64,000 bases of DNA from an uncultured delta proteobacterium (lineage in GTDB: Bacteria > Myxococcota_A > Polyangia > Fen-1088): assembly GCA_963737265.1 (NCBI GenBank), contig CAVTRY010000014.1, positions 96,001 through 160,000 of the forward strand. Direction: 5' to 3'. Below are positions 10,369 through 20,042 of this stretch, piece by piece. The position numbers and the translations under genes are program-made. Each line of letters begins with the position of its first letter. Positions within the stretch are counted from its first letter, which is position 1. The notes beneath the pieces are model-generated. The model was not told the origin of the DNA. It made no database searches and saw only the letters and a program-made list of their open reading frames with translations.

Positions 10369-11508
10369 GTGATTTACGCCGACTACAACGCGACCACTCG
10401 CCTCGATCCCGAGGTGCGGGCGGCGATGGACGAGGCGTTGGACGCCGGGTTTGGCAATCCGTCGAGCATTCACGCCGCCGGGCAGGCGGCACGGCGGCTG
10501 GTAGATAGGGCGCGCGCGCAGGTCGCCCGGCTCGTGGGCGCGGCGCCCGAGGAAATTGTGTTCACTGGCGGCGGCACCGAAGCCGACAATCTGGCGGTGC
10601 TCGGCGTGGCCAGCGCGGCGCCGCGCGATCGCCCAGGCATCGTGACCAGCGCCGTCGAGCACCAAGCCGTTTTGGCCCCTTGTGCCTTCCTGCAAAAGCA
10701 GAGCCACGAGGTCACCTTTCTGCCGGTCGATGGCGCCGGCCGAATCGATCTCGCGGCGCTGGAGGCCGCCGCCAAACCCGACGTCGCGCTGGTGTCGGTG
10801 ATGTTCGCCAACAACGACACTGGGACCATCCAGCCGGTAGCCGAGGTAGTGAAGGTAGCGACGGCTTGCGGTACCGCGGTTCACACCGATGCGGTGCAGG
10901 CGGCCGGCAAGCTGCCCATCGACGTGAAGAAGTCGGGGGTGTCGCTGCTCTCGTTCTCGTCGCACAAGATCCACGGACCCAAGGGGGTGGGCGCTCTCTA
11001 CGTCCGGCGCGGGGTGGCTCTGGCACCGCTGGTACACGGCGGCCGGCAGGAGCGCACGCTGCGGCCTGGAACGGAAAACGTGCCCGGCATCGTCGGATTT
11101 GGCAGGGCGTGCGAGCTGGCGCAGGCACGCCTGGAAGCCGACAGCCGCCGCGTGGCCGAGTTACGCGCCCACTTCGAAACGCAGATTCTGGCGCGCGTTC
11201 GCGGCACTCGATTGAACGGCGGCGGCGATCGCTTGCCCAACACGTCTAATATCGCCTTCGCCGGCCTCGATGGCGAGGCCATCACCATCAACCTGGACCT
11301 GGCCGGCATGGCGGTATCCACCGGCGCGGCGTGCAGCTCGGCCGACAAGACGCCCTCGCACGTGCTGGTCGCCATGGGCCAGTCGGCGCTGGAAGCGCGC
11401 TCGTCGGTGCGTTTTTCCTTCGGCCGCGACAACACCGATGAAGAGATCGACCGAGCGGTAACCCTGGTCGTTCAAACCGTAAACATGCTGCGCGGGGCGC
11501 GACGATGA
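10369..11508 (+). CDS. iscS: Cysteine desulfurase (IscS/NifS family)
   Basis: IYADYNATT, FTGGGTEADN, HTDAVQ, SSHKIHGPKG (PLP lysine) and STGAACSS motifs; GTG start at 10369. Confidence 0.93.
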   Translation: MIYADYNATTRLDPEVRAAMDEALDAGFGNPSSIHAAGQAARRLVDRARAQVARLVGAAPEEIVFTGGGTEADNLAVLGVASAAPRDRPGIVTSAVEHQAVLAPCAFLQKQSHEVTFLPVDGAGRIDLAALEAAAKPDVALVSVMFANNDTGTIQPVAEVVKVATACGTAVHTDAVQAAGKLPIDVKKSGVSLLSFSSHKIHGPKGVGALYVRRGVALAPLVHGGRQERTLRPGTENVPGIVGFGRACELAQARLEADSRRVAELRAHFETQILARVRGTRLNGGGDRLPNTSNIAFAGLDGEAITINLDLAGMAVSTGAACSSADKTPSHVLVAMGQSALEARSSVRFSFGRDNTDEEIDRAVTLVVQTVNMLRGARR

Positions 11509-12585
11509 GTGAGCGCATCGTCGTGGCCATGAGCGGCGGCGTGGACAGCAGCGTGGCCGCAGCGCTGCTCCGGCAAGCAGGGCATTCCCTCGTCGGCGTC
11601 ACGCTGAAATTGCAGGAATGCCACGACGCCCACGGCAGCAAATCCTGTTGTGGCGTCGACGGAGTCACGCGCGCACGCGACGTGGCCGCCAGCCTCGGCA
11701 TCCCGCACTACGTGCTCGACTGTGTGAAGGATTTCGAACAGCTCGTGCTGCTGCCGGCGTGGCAAGAATACGCGGGAGGCCGAACGCCCAGCCCGTGCTT
11801 GCTGTGCAACGAACACGTGAAGTTCGGCTTGCTGCTCGACTGGGCCGAGCGCCTCGGCATTCCGCGCGTGGCCACCGGCCACTACGCGCGCCTGGAAAAG
11901 GACGAAGCCGGCCAGACGATGCTGCTGCGCGGCTGCGACACGGGCAAGGATCAATCGTATTTCCTCGCCGGTCTGTCGCTCAGCCAGCTCGGACGCGCGG
12001 CCTTTCCCGTGGGACATCTGCGTAAGCCCGAGGTACGCGCCTTGGCCAAGAGCCACGACCTCCCCACGGCAGAAACGCCCGAAAGCCAGGACGCATGCCT
12101 GGTTCGAGCCGGGCCAGTCGTTCTCCGAGATGTTGCGCAAGCGCTTCGCTGCCCCGGCGAAGACCGGCGAGATTGTCGACGAGGCCGGCCAGGTGGTCGG
12201 CCAGCACGCCGGCATTCACGTGTTCACCATCGGCCAGCGCAAGGGGCTGCCCGCGGGCGCGGCCTCGCGCCGCTGGGTCAAGTCCATCTCGCCCGAAACG
12301 GGCCAGGTCACCGTGACCGGCAACGCGGCCGAGCTCGTGGGCACCGAGTTCGTGGCCAAGAGGGTCAACTGGCTCGACGGCCCGCTGCCTGCTGCGGTCC
12401 TGCCGTGCTCGGTCCAAGTGCGCTATCGCCACGCCAGCGAACCCGCCACCGTCGAGGCCCTGGCCGACGGCAACCTGCGGGTCATCCTGGCCAAGCCCGT
12501 GAAGGCCATCACCCCGGGTCAAGCCGCGGTCTTCTACGACGGCGACCGCACCCTCGGTCGCGGCTGGATCGCTCCCCCTACGTGA
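11505..12585 (+). CDS. mnmA: tRNA-specific 2-thiouridylase MnmA (one +1 frameshift near 12103, likely sequencing error)
   Basis: AMSGGVDSS, TPSPCLLCN, ATGHYAR, KDQSYFL and ESQDAC in ORF 11505; FTIGQRKGL, VRYRH and ITPGQAAVFY in ORF 12130. Confidence 0.92.
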
Positions 12586-12835
12586 GATGCAGACGGGTGA
12601 ACCGGTGCCCGCGTGCAGCAACGCGAGCGACGGCGTGTTTGTTCCCGGCCACGGTGTCGTCATCTGGATCTTCCTCATCCGGAAGGATTTCTGGACGTCA
12701 TTCGGTCTGGACAAGGAGTATCTTCTTGTCTGTCACGCTGCTGGCCAGCGGCTTCGTCCAAAATACCATTTCAGACAGTCAGCTGAACGGACGCTTCCCC
12801 GCGCGAATCCCAAACCCAGACTTTGACGTGCATGC

Positions 12836-13834
12836 ATGAGCCTCGACGACGCCACCCCGCCTAATGTCCCAGTTGAGATTTCGCTGGTTGTACCTGTCTA
12901 CCAGGGTCAGCAGACGCTGGAGGCCCTGGCCGCGGAGATAGAGCCGCTTACCGTCACCCAGACCACCCGCGCGGGAGGGACGTTTCGCGTGGTGGAGTTA
13001 CTGCTCGTGCATGACGGCGCGGTCGACGACTCGGCCCGCATCATGAAGCTGCTCGCCGAACGTTACGCCTTCGTGCGACCGATTTGGCTGTCGCGCAATT
13101 TCGGCCAGCATCCGGCAACCTTTGCCGGACTCGCCAGCTCCGTTGGCGAATGGGTGGTCACCTTGGACGAGGACGGCCAGCAGGATCCTCGCTACATCGG
13201 CGACTTGCTCGATCAGGCGCTGAGCGCGCGCAGCCGGCTTGTTTACGCGAGTCCCACCAACGCGGCTCCTCACGGATTCGTGCGTAATGCATTTTCCACC
13301 TTGGCCAAGTGGCTATTCGTGAGCGTGCTCGGTGCCAACACGGGCCGGTTCAACAGTTTTCGCCTGATCGAAGGCGAAGTCGCGCGCGGTGTGGCGGCCT
13401 ACTGCGGACCCAATGTCTACCTCGACGTCGCCTTGTCCTGGGTCGTGGGTGCGGCCGAGCGCTGTCCAGTGAAACTTCGCGAAGAGCGCGGACGACGGTC
13501 AGGGTACACGCCTCGGCGTCTTTTGCGCCATTTCTGGCAGCTTGTGCTCTCTTCCGGAACGCTCCCGTTGCGCCTCATTGCCCTGGTCGGACTTGCCTCG
13601 GTTGTTTTCGCCGTGTTCTTCAGCCTCGTTCAGATCTGGAATCGACTTCACAACAAGATCCCCGTGCAAGGCTGGACCTCGACGATGATCGTCATGAGTC
13701 TGTTCGCCGGACTGACCTTGCTGTCTATCGGAATCGTCGCCGAGTATTTGGGCTTCAGCGTTTCCATGGCAATGGGCAAACCCGCCTACATGATTGTGTC
13801 TCGTCCACGCGAGGATCTCGCCAAGGAGCCATGA
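12836..13834 (+). CDS. GT2 polyprenyl-phosphate glycosyltransferase (ArnC/GtrB-like)
   Basis: SLVVPVY, LSRNFGQHPA, TLDEDGQQDP; two C-terminal TM helices with GWTS and GIVAEYL. Confidence 0.9.
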   Translation: MSLDDATPPNVPVEISLVVPVYQGQQTLEALAAEIEPLTVTQTTRAGGTFRVVELLLVHDGAVDDSARIMKLLAERYAFVRPIWLSRNFGQHPATFAGLASSVGEWVVTLDEDGQQDPRYIGDLLDQALSARSRLVYASPTNAAPHGFVRNAFSTLAKWLFVSVLGANTGRFNSFRLIEGEVARGVAAYCGPNVYLDVALSWVVGAAERCPVKLREERGRRSGYTPRRLLRHFWQLVLSSGTLPLRLIALVGLASVVFAVFFSLVQIWNRLHNKIPVQGWTSTMIVMSLFAGLTLLSIGIVAEYLGFSVSMAMGKPAYMIVSRPREDLAKEP

Positions 13835-14859
13835 GAGCGCCCATCGTTTGGGTGGTGGGCGCGACCGGCCTGCTGGGAGCGGCTGTCGTCCGCGGGCTGG
13901 GAGGGATGGTTTGGCGACCGGACAGGCCTTTTGCGTGGGGTGACGAAGCTCGGCTGGCAAGCGGCTTGCGCGATGCGGTCCACGCGTTTGCAACCCAAGT
14001 CGGGTCCGAGTCGGCTCGGCCTTGGGCGGTCTGCTGGTGCGCGGGTGCTGGTGTGGTGTCCACGTCGGCGTCGGCGCTCGCGGCGGAGACAAGGGCATTT
14101 CACCTGTTCCTGCAGCTGCTCGGCGCCGAGCAGCGTTTGCTGGCAGTCCCTGGACACGTGGCGCTGGCAAGCAGTGCCGGGGGCGTCTATGGAGGCAACA
14201 CGGAATGTCCCATCACCGAGGAGACCTTGCCCCAGCCCATTTCCGACTATGGTCGTGCCAAGCTGGAACAGGAACGGATGCTGCTTTCCTGGGCCGGCAG
14301 CCTGCCCACGCTGGTCAGCACCCTAGTGGCGCGTTTCTCCAATCTCTATGGCACTGGGCAACGTCTCGACAAACCGCAGGGACTCATTTCGCATCTGTCG
14401 CGCTGCTTGATTTTCAACACTCCTGTGCATGTCTACGTGTCGCTCAACACCATCCGCGACTATCTGTTCGCCGAAGATGCCGGTCGCCTATTTGTCGCGG
14501 GTCTTGGGAGGCTCGCGATCGAAGCGCGTGGAAACGGTCTGCACGTCACCAAGATCTACGCGTCCGAGCGCGAGATCTCCATCGCCTGTTTGCTGGGTAT
14601 CCTCCGCCGGATCTCGCGTCGCCGATTGCGGGTCATCTCCGGCTTGCACCCGGGAAGCTCACTCCAGCCGCGACGACTCCAATTCCGCTCGCGCGTGTGG
14701 CGCGCGCGGGATGATGGCGGGGGCAGACTGGTCGAGCTCGTGGCAGGGCTGAGTCAGGTCTATCGCGACCAGCTTGCGCTGTTCCGTCGCGGCCTCTTGC
14801 CGCCGCCGTCGCATACGAGTCCCATCACTTTGCGACCACCCAGCTTGGGAAGAGCGTAG
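13831..14859 (+). CDS. NAD-dependent epimerase/dehydratase
   Basis: WVVGATGLLG Rossmann motif, ASSAGGVYG, YGRAK (YxxxK), RFSNLYG, RDYL; ATG overlaps the upstream stop. Confidence 0.88.
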   Translation: MRAPIVWVVGATGLLGAAVVRGLGGMVWRPDRPFAWGDEARLASGLRDAVHAFATQVGSESARPWAVCWCAGAGVVSTSASALAAETRAFHLFLQLLGAEQRLLAVPGHVALASSAGGVYGGNTECPITEETLPQPISDYGRAKLEQERMLLSWAGSLPTLVSTLVARFSNLYGTGQRLDKPQGLISHLSRCLIFNTPVHVYVSLNTIRDYLFAEDAGRLFVAGLGRLAIEARGNGLHVTKIYASEREISIACLLGILRRISRRRLRVISGLHPGSSLQPRRLQFRSRVWRARDDGGGRLVELVAGLSQVYRDQLALFRRGLLPPPSHTSPITLRPPSLGRA

Positions 14860-14874
14860 GGGAGGTGCAGTCGC

Positions 14875-15114
14875 TCAGTGGCTGAGTTTCTTGTCGATGA
14901 GCACCAGCAGATCGCCCACGTTGTTCAACCCGACAACCTCTCCGGTGCCGAATCTGATCTTGAAGGCCTTCTCGATCTGAACGATCAGCCTGACGTTCTT
15001 CAAGGAGTCCCACCCTGGGACATCCTTTGCGGATGTGCTGTCCGCAAGCACGATGCTGTCGTCGTCAAACAAGTCGCGGAAAATCTCCTGCAGGCGATCT
15101 CGATGCACCGACAT
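14875..15114 (-). CDS. Acyl carrier protein (WDSL type)
   Basis: LQEIFRDLFDD...DVPGWDSL...IEKAFKIRF; GGAG RBS; next to FkbH. Confidence 0.9.
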   Translation of the reverse strand: MSVHRDRLQEIFRDLFDDDSIVLADSTSAKDVPGWDSLKNVRLIVQIEKAFKIRFGTGEVVGLNNVGDLLVLIDKKLSH

Positions 15115-15137
15115 CGCTCCTCCCTCGTCAGTCAATT

Positions 15138-16967
15138 TCATTCAATCACTATACAGTGGCCCCGTAGCATACGCTGTTCGCTCAGATCGAATTGCCAGGT
15201 GGTTCCGTCGGCGTCACCTGGGATCTCCTTGAAACCGAGGTCGGCGTAGTGTCCGCTGACAAGCTTGTTCTTGGCGGTGGGTAAGTAGCGACCCACGATC
15301 ACGCGAAGGCCTCGACCTCGACAAAACTCCACCAGGCGCTCCATCTCAAGGACCTCGACGCCGCGCTTGAGAACTCGGCAGCTCATCACCCAGTTGTCGA
15401 TTACGAGAGAGCTCTCCTTGACACGCCCGATGACGACGCTGATGAGCCCATTGGCGCCGAACCGGTCGTCGAGCCGGATCGTCGACGTGTAAGCCTGGTC
15501 GTTGCCGACCAGCGCCTGCACCTCCGCCTCGGTCATGCGGCGGGTGGTCAGGTTGAACTGGTTGGTCTTGTTGATGAGCTGGGTCGCGCGCGCCAGGTTC
15601 CTCTCGGTGACTGGCTCGATCCCAGCGCGCATCTCGAGCCGTTGAAGGAAGTCGTCGTAGCCCCTGGCCCCGGCCTCCAGCTTTTCGCGAGCCTGGTTTT
15701 GCTGGAAGAACTCTCCCCGGATCTGATCTTCTTGCGTCACTGACAGCGTGTCGAAGAGATTTGCGCCGTCCAGCTTCTGCACGAACAGCGAGGGATCCTC
15801 GGGTACGTCAATCACCGTCACGTCCGGCAGACTGGTGCGAACCAGGTGACGCTCTGCGGGGTTGTCGTCGAAGAAGACCATCGCGTCGAGCTCGATATTG
15901 AGTCGCTCGGCAATCGACAGGAGGCTCCGGTCCTTGGGCTCCCAACCCGCCACAAAGCAGGATATGTCGCTCTCTTTCAAGATCATGTCCCGGTGCTCGC
16001 GGAACGGCGCGAGCGCGTTTTCCGGTTCGTTCTTACTGGCCACCGCCAGCAACACGCCGCGCTCCTTGAGCGCCCGCACGTAGGCCTGGAACTGCTGAAA
16101 AGCCTCGCCTTCCGGCTGCCCCACTCCCAGTCGAATGCCGCGCAGGCCATCGTCCCCGATTACGCCGCCCCACAGCGTGTTGTCTAGATCGAGCACCAGG
16201 CACTTCTTGGATTTTCCAAATAGCGCGCCCAGCATCGCGGCCAAACGATCAGCATAGTGCGGCTGGCATTCGAAGCTGACGGCGGTCTTGGTTTCGTTCC
16301 ACAGACGCGCGTCGAACCAGCGACCCTTGCCCCAGATTGCCGAAAGTTGCTCGATGTCGTTAACGTAGACCCGTGGCGGCAGCGCTTGCGCCAGCGCCTC
16401 GTTCAAAGCCCTGATCATGCCGTTGCGGCTACCGGCGGCGACCACGTCTAGCGTGCCATAGGGTCGCTCGACACCGGTCTCGAAGTTGTTCACCACCAGC
16501 GGACAACCGAAACGAACAACGGCGGCCCGAAAGAGGTCGAGCAGGCGCTCGGCCTGGTCGCGCACGAGTCGGGGGGGATCCTCCGCGAACAGCGGAAACG
16601 TCAGGTTGCGGCTCGAGACGTGGAGATGAATCACGTCGGGCGCGAACGCGCACAGCGCAGGAGATTCGGACCAGATCTCCTGTTCATAGAGCCCGAAGTC
16701 GCTTTCGTAGGTTGTGAGCGCCAGCCCGCGCCGGCAGGCAAAGAGCCGAACAAGCGGCGTTAGAAAATGGGTGGTCGCTCCGCCAAGAATCGCCAGACGT
16801 TTTTGGGTCGGGATGCGCGCCGACACGATTTCGGCCGGAATCTTGCCGAGCTGATCGGCGGCATACTCCACCACTTCCAGGGCGTCGCCCGGCTGGACGC
16901 GCAGCATGAGATCGAGTGCCTCCCGGTACCGGTGGGCCTTCATCTGCTGCTTGATTTCTGCCTTCAT
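15138..16967 (-). CDS. FkbH-family HAD-IIIC phosphatase/glyceryl transferase
   Basis: KCLVLDLDNTLWGG, ASKN, FFDDNPAER, KTNQFNLTT, DRFG and MSCRVLKRGVE motifs; start may be as far up as 17012. Confidence 0.92.
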   Translation of the reverse strand: MKAEIKQQMKAHRYREALDLMLRVQPGDALEVVEYAADQLGKIPAEIVSARIPTQKRLAILGGATTHFLTPLVRLFACRRGLALTTYESDFGLYEQEIWSESPALCAFAPDVIHLHVSSRNLTFPLFAEDPPRLVRDQAERLLDLFRAAVVRFGCPLVVNNFETGVERPYGTLDVVAAGSRNGMIRALNEALAQALPPRVYVNDIEQLSAIWGKGRWFDARLWNETKTAVSFECQPHYADRLAAMLGALFGKSKKCLVLDLDNTLWGGVIGDDGLRGIRLGVGQPEGEAFQQFQAYVRALKERGVLLAVASKNEPENALAPFREHRDMILKESDISCFVAGWEPKDRSLLSIAERLNIELDAMVFFDDNPAERHLVRTSLPDVTVIDVPEDPSLFVQKLDGANLFDTLSVTQEDQIRGEFFQQNQAREKLEAGARGYDDFLQRLEMRAGIEPVTERNLARATQLINKTNQFNLTTRRMTEAEVQALVGNDQAYTSTIRLDDRFGANGLISVVIGRVKESSLVIDNWVMSCRVLKRGVEVLEMERLVEFCRGRGLRVIVGRYLPTAKNKLVSGHYADLGFKEIPGDADGTTWQFDLSEQRMLRGHCIVIE

Positions 16968-17162
16968 TTTGCTTGCGCGCCCCGTTCGCGCGGTGGCGGC
17001 AAGTGTAGACAACGCCGCTTCGTTTTGTCTATATTCTCAATCATTGTCCTAAAGAAGTCCCTGACGTTGGCGCATTTGTCGTTCAAGAATCAGCGCGAAT
17101 CGAATCGGCCCTGCTAAGGGGTAGCCGATCCATCGGGGACGCGGTAGCAGAGATCGCCATCC

Positions 17163-18587
17163 ATGCTGTTCAATAGCTTCGAGTTCCTGATCTTTCTGAC
17201 CGTCGTCTACGGCCTCTATCTGGCGCTGCCGCACCGGCTTCAGAACTGGATGCTGCTCGCCGCCAGCTACGTGTTCTACGGTTGGTGGGACTGGCGCTTC
17301 CTCAGCATCATCCTTTTTACGACGGTGCTCAACTACCTGGTCAGTCTCAAGGTGTCGCGCAGCACGAGCGACCGATCTAGAAAGCTGTTTCTCAGCATCT
17401 CCGTTATCTGCAACCTCGGGTTGCTGGCCGTCTTCAAGTACTTCAACTTCTTCGTCGGGTCGTTCATCGATCTCGCGCTCAGGCTCGGGTTTCATCTCCG
17501 GTGGGAGCCGCTGCACATCATCCTGCCAGTCGGGATTTCCTTCTTCACCTTTCAATCGATCGGCTATTCTATTGACGTCTACCGGGGTCAGATCAGTCCG
17601 CCCCGCCGCTTCCTCGATTTTGCGCTGTTCGTGGCGTTCTTCCCGCAACTGGTCGCAGGACCGATCCAGCGCGCGACCAATCTGCTGCCCCAGGTAATCG
17701 CGCCTCGTCGGATCGTTCTCGATCAGGTCACCCGCGGCGCGTTCCTGATCCTTTACGGCTTGTTCAAGAAGACGGTCATCGCCGACGGCCTAGCAGGCAG
17801 CGTCAATGACGTCTATAGCTCGGTGGGTGGGAGCTCTGGACTGGATGTCCTGCTGGCCACCTATCTATTTGTGCTCCAGATCTACTGCGATTTTTCCGGC
17901 TACACAGACATCGCGCGCGGTGTCGCCAAGCTGATGGGGTTCAACCTTTCGAAAAACTTCATGACGCCGTTTTACGCCGCCTCACCCTCGGAGTACTGGA
18001 CCCGATGGCACATCAGTCTGTCGAGCTGGGTGAAAGACTACGTTTACCTGCCGCTGGCGCTCCGCTACCTGCGGCGCAGTGACAGCAAGGTCAACGAATA
18101 CAAGCCACATCTGTACGCGATGGTGCTGATGGGTCTGTGGCATGGCGCTGCCTGGACCTATATTCTGTGGGGCGTCTATCACGGATTCATGCTGGTGGCG
18201 TGGGACGCCATCAAGTGGCCCAGGGCAGGGAAAAAGCGGCGGCCATCGATCCCGAAGCCGATCCGGATCGCGTTCTACTTCCAGGTGACCGCGCTCAGCC
18301 TGCTGATTTTCCGGGCGAACTCGGTCCGCCAAATCGGCGAGCTCTTGTGGTCGCTGACGGGCGGGTTGTCGACCAAGCGGCTCAGCATTCCCTTGCCTCC
18401 GACGGCAACCTTGCTGGGTATCCCACTGTTTCTCGTGCTCGATTTTCTGGCCTTCCATCACTCGAGCGATCTCTACTATCGCAAGTGGCCAGATGCGATG
18501 CGCGGCGCCCTGGTGGCCACGCTCTTCATTCTGGTATTAATGGGTTGGTCCAATGCCCCGGCAGAGTTCATCTACTTCCAGTTCTAA
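17163..18587 (+). CDS. MBOAT O-acyltransferase (AlgI/DltB-like)
   Basis: MLFNS.EF, LPVGISFFTFQ, FFPQLVAGPI, YCDFSGYTD, WTRWHISLS, GLWHGA and terminal FIYFQF. Confidence 0.94.
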   Translation: MLFNSFEFLIFLTVVYGLYLALPHRLQNWMLLAASYVFYGWWDWRFLSIILFTTVLNYLVSLKVSRSTSDRSRKLFLSISVICNLGLLAVFKYFNFFVGSFIDLALRLGFHLRWEPLHIILPVGISFFTFQSIGYSIDVYRGQISPPRRFLDFALFVAFFPQLVAGPIQRATNLLPQVIAPRRIVLDQVTRGAFLILYGLFKKTVIADGLAGSVNDVYSSVGGSSGLDVLLATYLFVLQIYCDFSGYTDIARGVAKLMGFNLSKNFMTPFYAASPSEYWTRWHISLSSWVKDYVYLPLALRYLRRSDSKVNEYKPHLYAMVLMGLWHGAAWTYILWGVYHGFMLVAWDAIKWPRAGKKRRPSIPKPIRIAFYFQVTALSLLIFRANSVRQIGELLWSLTGGLSTKRLSIPLPPTATLLGIPLFLVLDFLAFHHSSDLYYRKWPDAMRGALVATLFILVLMGWSNAPAEFIYFQF

Positions 18588-19704
18588 TCCGACGGCACTC
18601 GCGCCGCCGCAGTCCTTCTCGCTTAGGAAGCTGGGGCGTACCGCGTTCTTCTTCTTGCTCTTCCTGTTGCTGTTCGAGCTCGGGACCTGGGCGGTGTTCA
18701 CCAAGACCCGCCTGGCAGGCGGGTCGCTGCACAGGTTTCTTTGGTACGGAACCTCCTACGAGACGAAGCTGCGCGATTTCGTCAACACACCTAACCAGCC
18801 CGCGAACTCGCTGCTCTATGCGGGTTGGCTGGGCGACGGAAAGCTGCGGTCGCTGCCTGCGGACATCGACGTGACCGTCTACGGGATGTCCTTTTCGGCA
18901 AACCTGAGCGAAGCCATGCGCGAGCTGCGGCCGGAGATAAGGCAACGGGTGGTAGCCGGCCCAGGGGCACCCCTCAACCACACGTACGCCATGTACCAGG
19001 TCGACAAGAAACTGCGCAAGACACGCTTCGCGGTCATCGGCGCCACCTCGGGCGCGGTGCAAGAGATCCTGCTCATGAACCGGGGCAGCTTGTTTTTGGA
19101 TTCAGCGTTCCCGTACTTCTTTCCGCGTTACAAGGTTGATCATGGGAACGTGGTGCTTGCGGCCGATTCCCTCGTCAACTCGGCGGACGAGCTGCGCACG
19201 GCACTCAACAACCCCGAAATCTGGCGGCGCCAGTTGGCGGTGCTTGCGGAGAATGACGATGGCTACCGTCGCTTCTTCTTTGCCGGCGATCCGCTGGATG
19301 CGAGCGTGCTGGGTCGTCTCGTGCGCCGAGGGCTCTCGAAACACCACCTTCAGGACTACTCCAGCAAGGTCCTAGGACCGTCCGGCTTTCGGCGCGACCA
19401 CGAAGCGCCACAGCTTTTTCGGGCCTTGTTGCGGCAAATGGTACGCGAGCTGCGCGCCGAGAACGTGCAGCCCATCGTGGCGCTCTTCTCGCTGCAGGGC
19501 CACGGAAACCACCTCTATTCGCTGGTGGAGGACATCTTGCGCGACGAGGCAGTCCCTTATGTAAATTCCTACGACTTCTGCCATTCGGATGACCGCAGCA
19601 AGTACCAGCCCAATCTCCACTTTGTCCACGAGTGCGACCTCTTGTTCGCGCGGCGCACACTTGAAATCATGGACGCCATCGATAAAGCCAGGTCACCCAT
19701 GTGA
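18553..19704 (+). CDS. Periplasmic partner of the MBOAT (putative SGNH/AlgJ-like acyltransferase)
   Basis: N-terminal TM anchor, VYGMSF (GDS-like) and a late PNLHF motif; overlaps the MBOAT 3' end by 35 nt. Confidence 0.6.
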   Translation: MPRQSSSTSSSNPTALAPPQSFSLRKLGRTAFFFLLFLLLFELGTWAVFTKTRLAGGSLHRFLWYGTSYETKLRDFVNTPNQPANSLLYAGWLGDGKLRSLPADIDVTVYGMSFSANLSEAMRELRPEIRQRVVAGPGAPLNHTYAMYQVDKKLRKTRFAVIGATSGAVQEILLMNRGSLFLDSAFPYFFPRYKVDHGNVVLAADSLVNSADELRTALNNPEIWRRQLAVLAENDDGYRRFFFAGDPLDASVLGRLVRRGLSKHHLQDYSSKVLGPSGFRRDHEAPQLFRALLRQMVRELRAENVQPIVALFSLQGHGNHLYSLVEDILRDEAVPYVNSYDFCHSDDRSKYQPNLHFVHECDLLFARRTLEIMDAIDKARSPM

Positions 19705-20042
19705 AGTCCGCGCCGCCCAGAACACACTCTACCTTCGATGTTCTCGGTTATTGTCGCTGACGTGACCGTCGGGCAAGTATGGCGCCACATCGAGAGCTAC
19801 CAACCCGACGTCATCGTCGTCTCTATCCGACCATCCCGCCATCCAGAACCGTCTAGACGGGGGAAGGAAACGCGGGCAGACTTGCGATTGTGCATGCCTG
19901 CATCCGCGAATAGTAGACAGAGGCGGGGGTTCTCGAATTCGCACGCCGACGGCGTAGAGGGGCCGATCGATGGCGGTCGGAAGCGTTCCTCCGTTGAGGT
20001 CGAACGCGATTCTCAACGCGACCACACGGCGGAAGCTCGACC

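Noticed and set aside
12587-12826. 79-aa ORF between mnmA and the GT2 gene
   Set aside because: No RBS or recognisable motif; may be a gene remnant but cannot be supported.
19738-19850. Possible B12-binding radical SAM fragment (IESYQPDVIVVSIR)
   Set aside because: Resemblance covers only ~15 residues, too short to call without a search.
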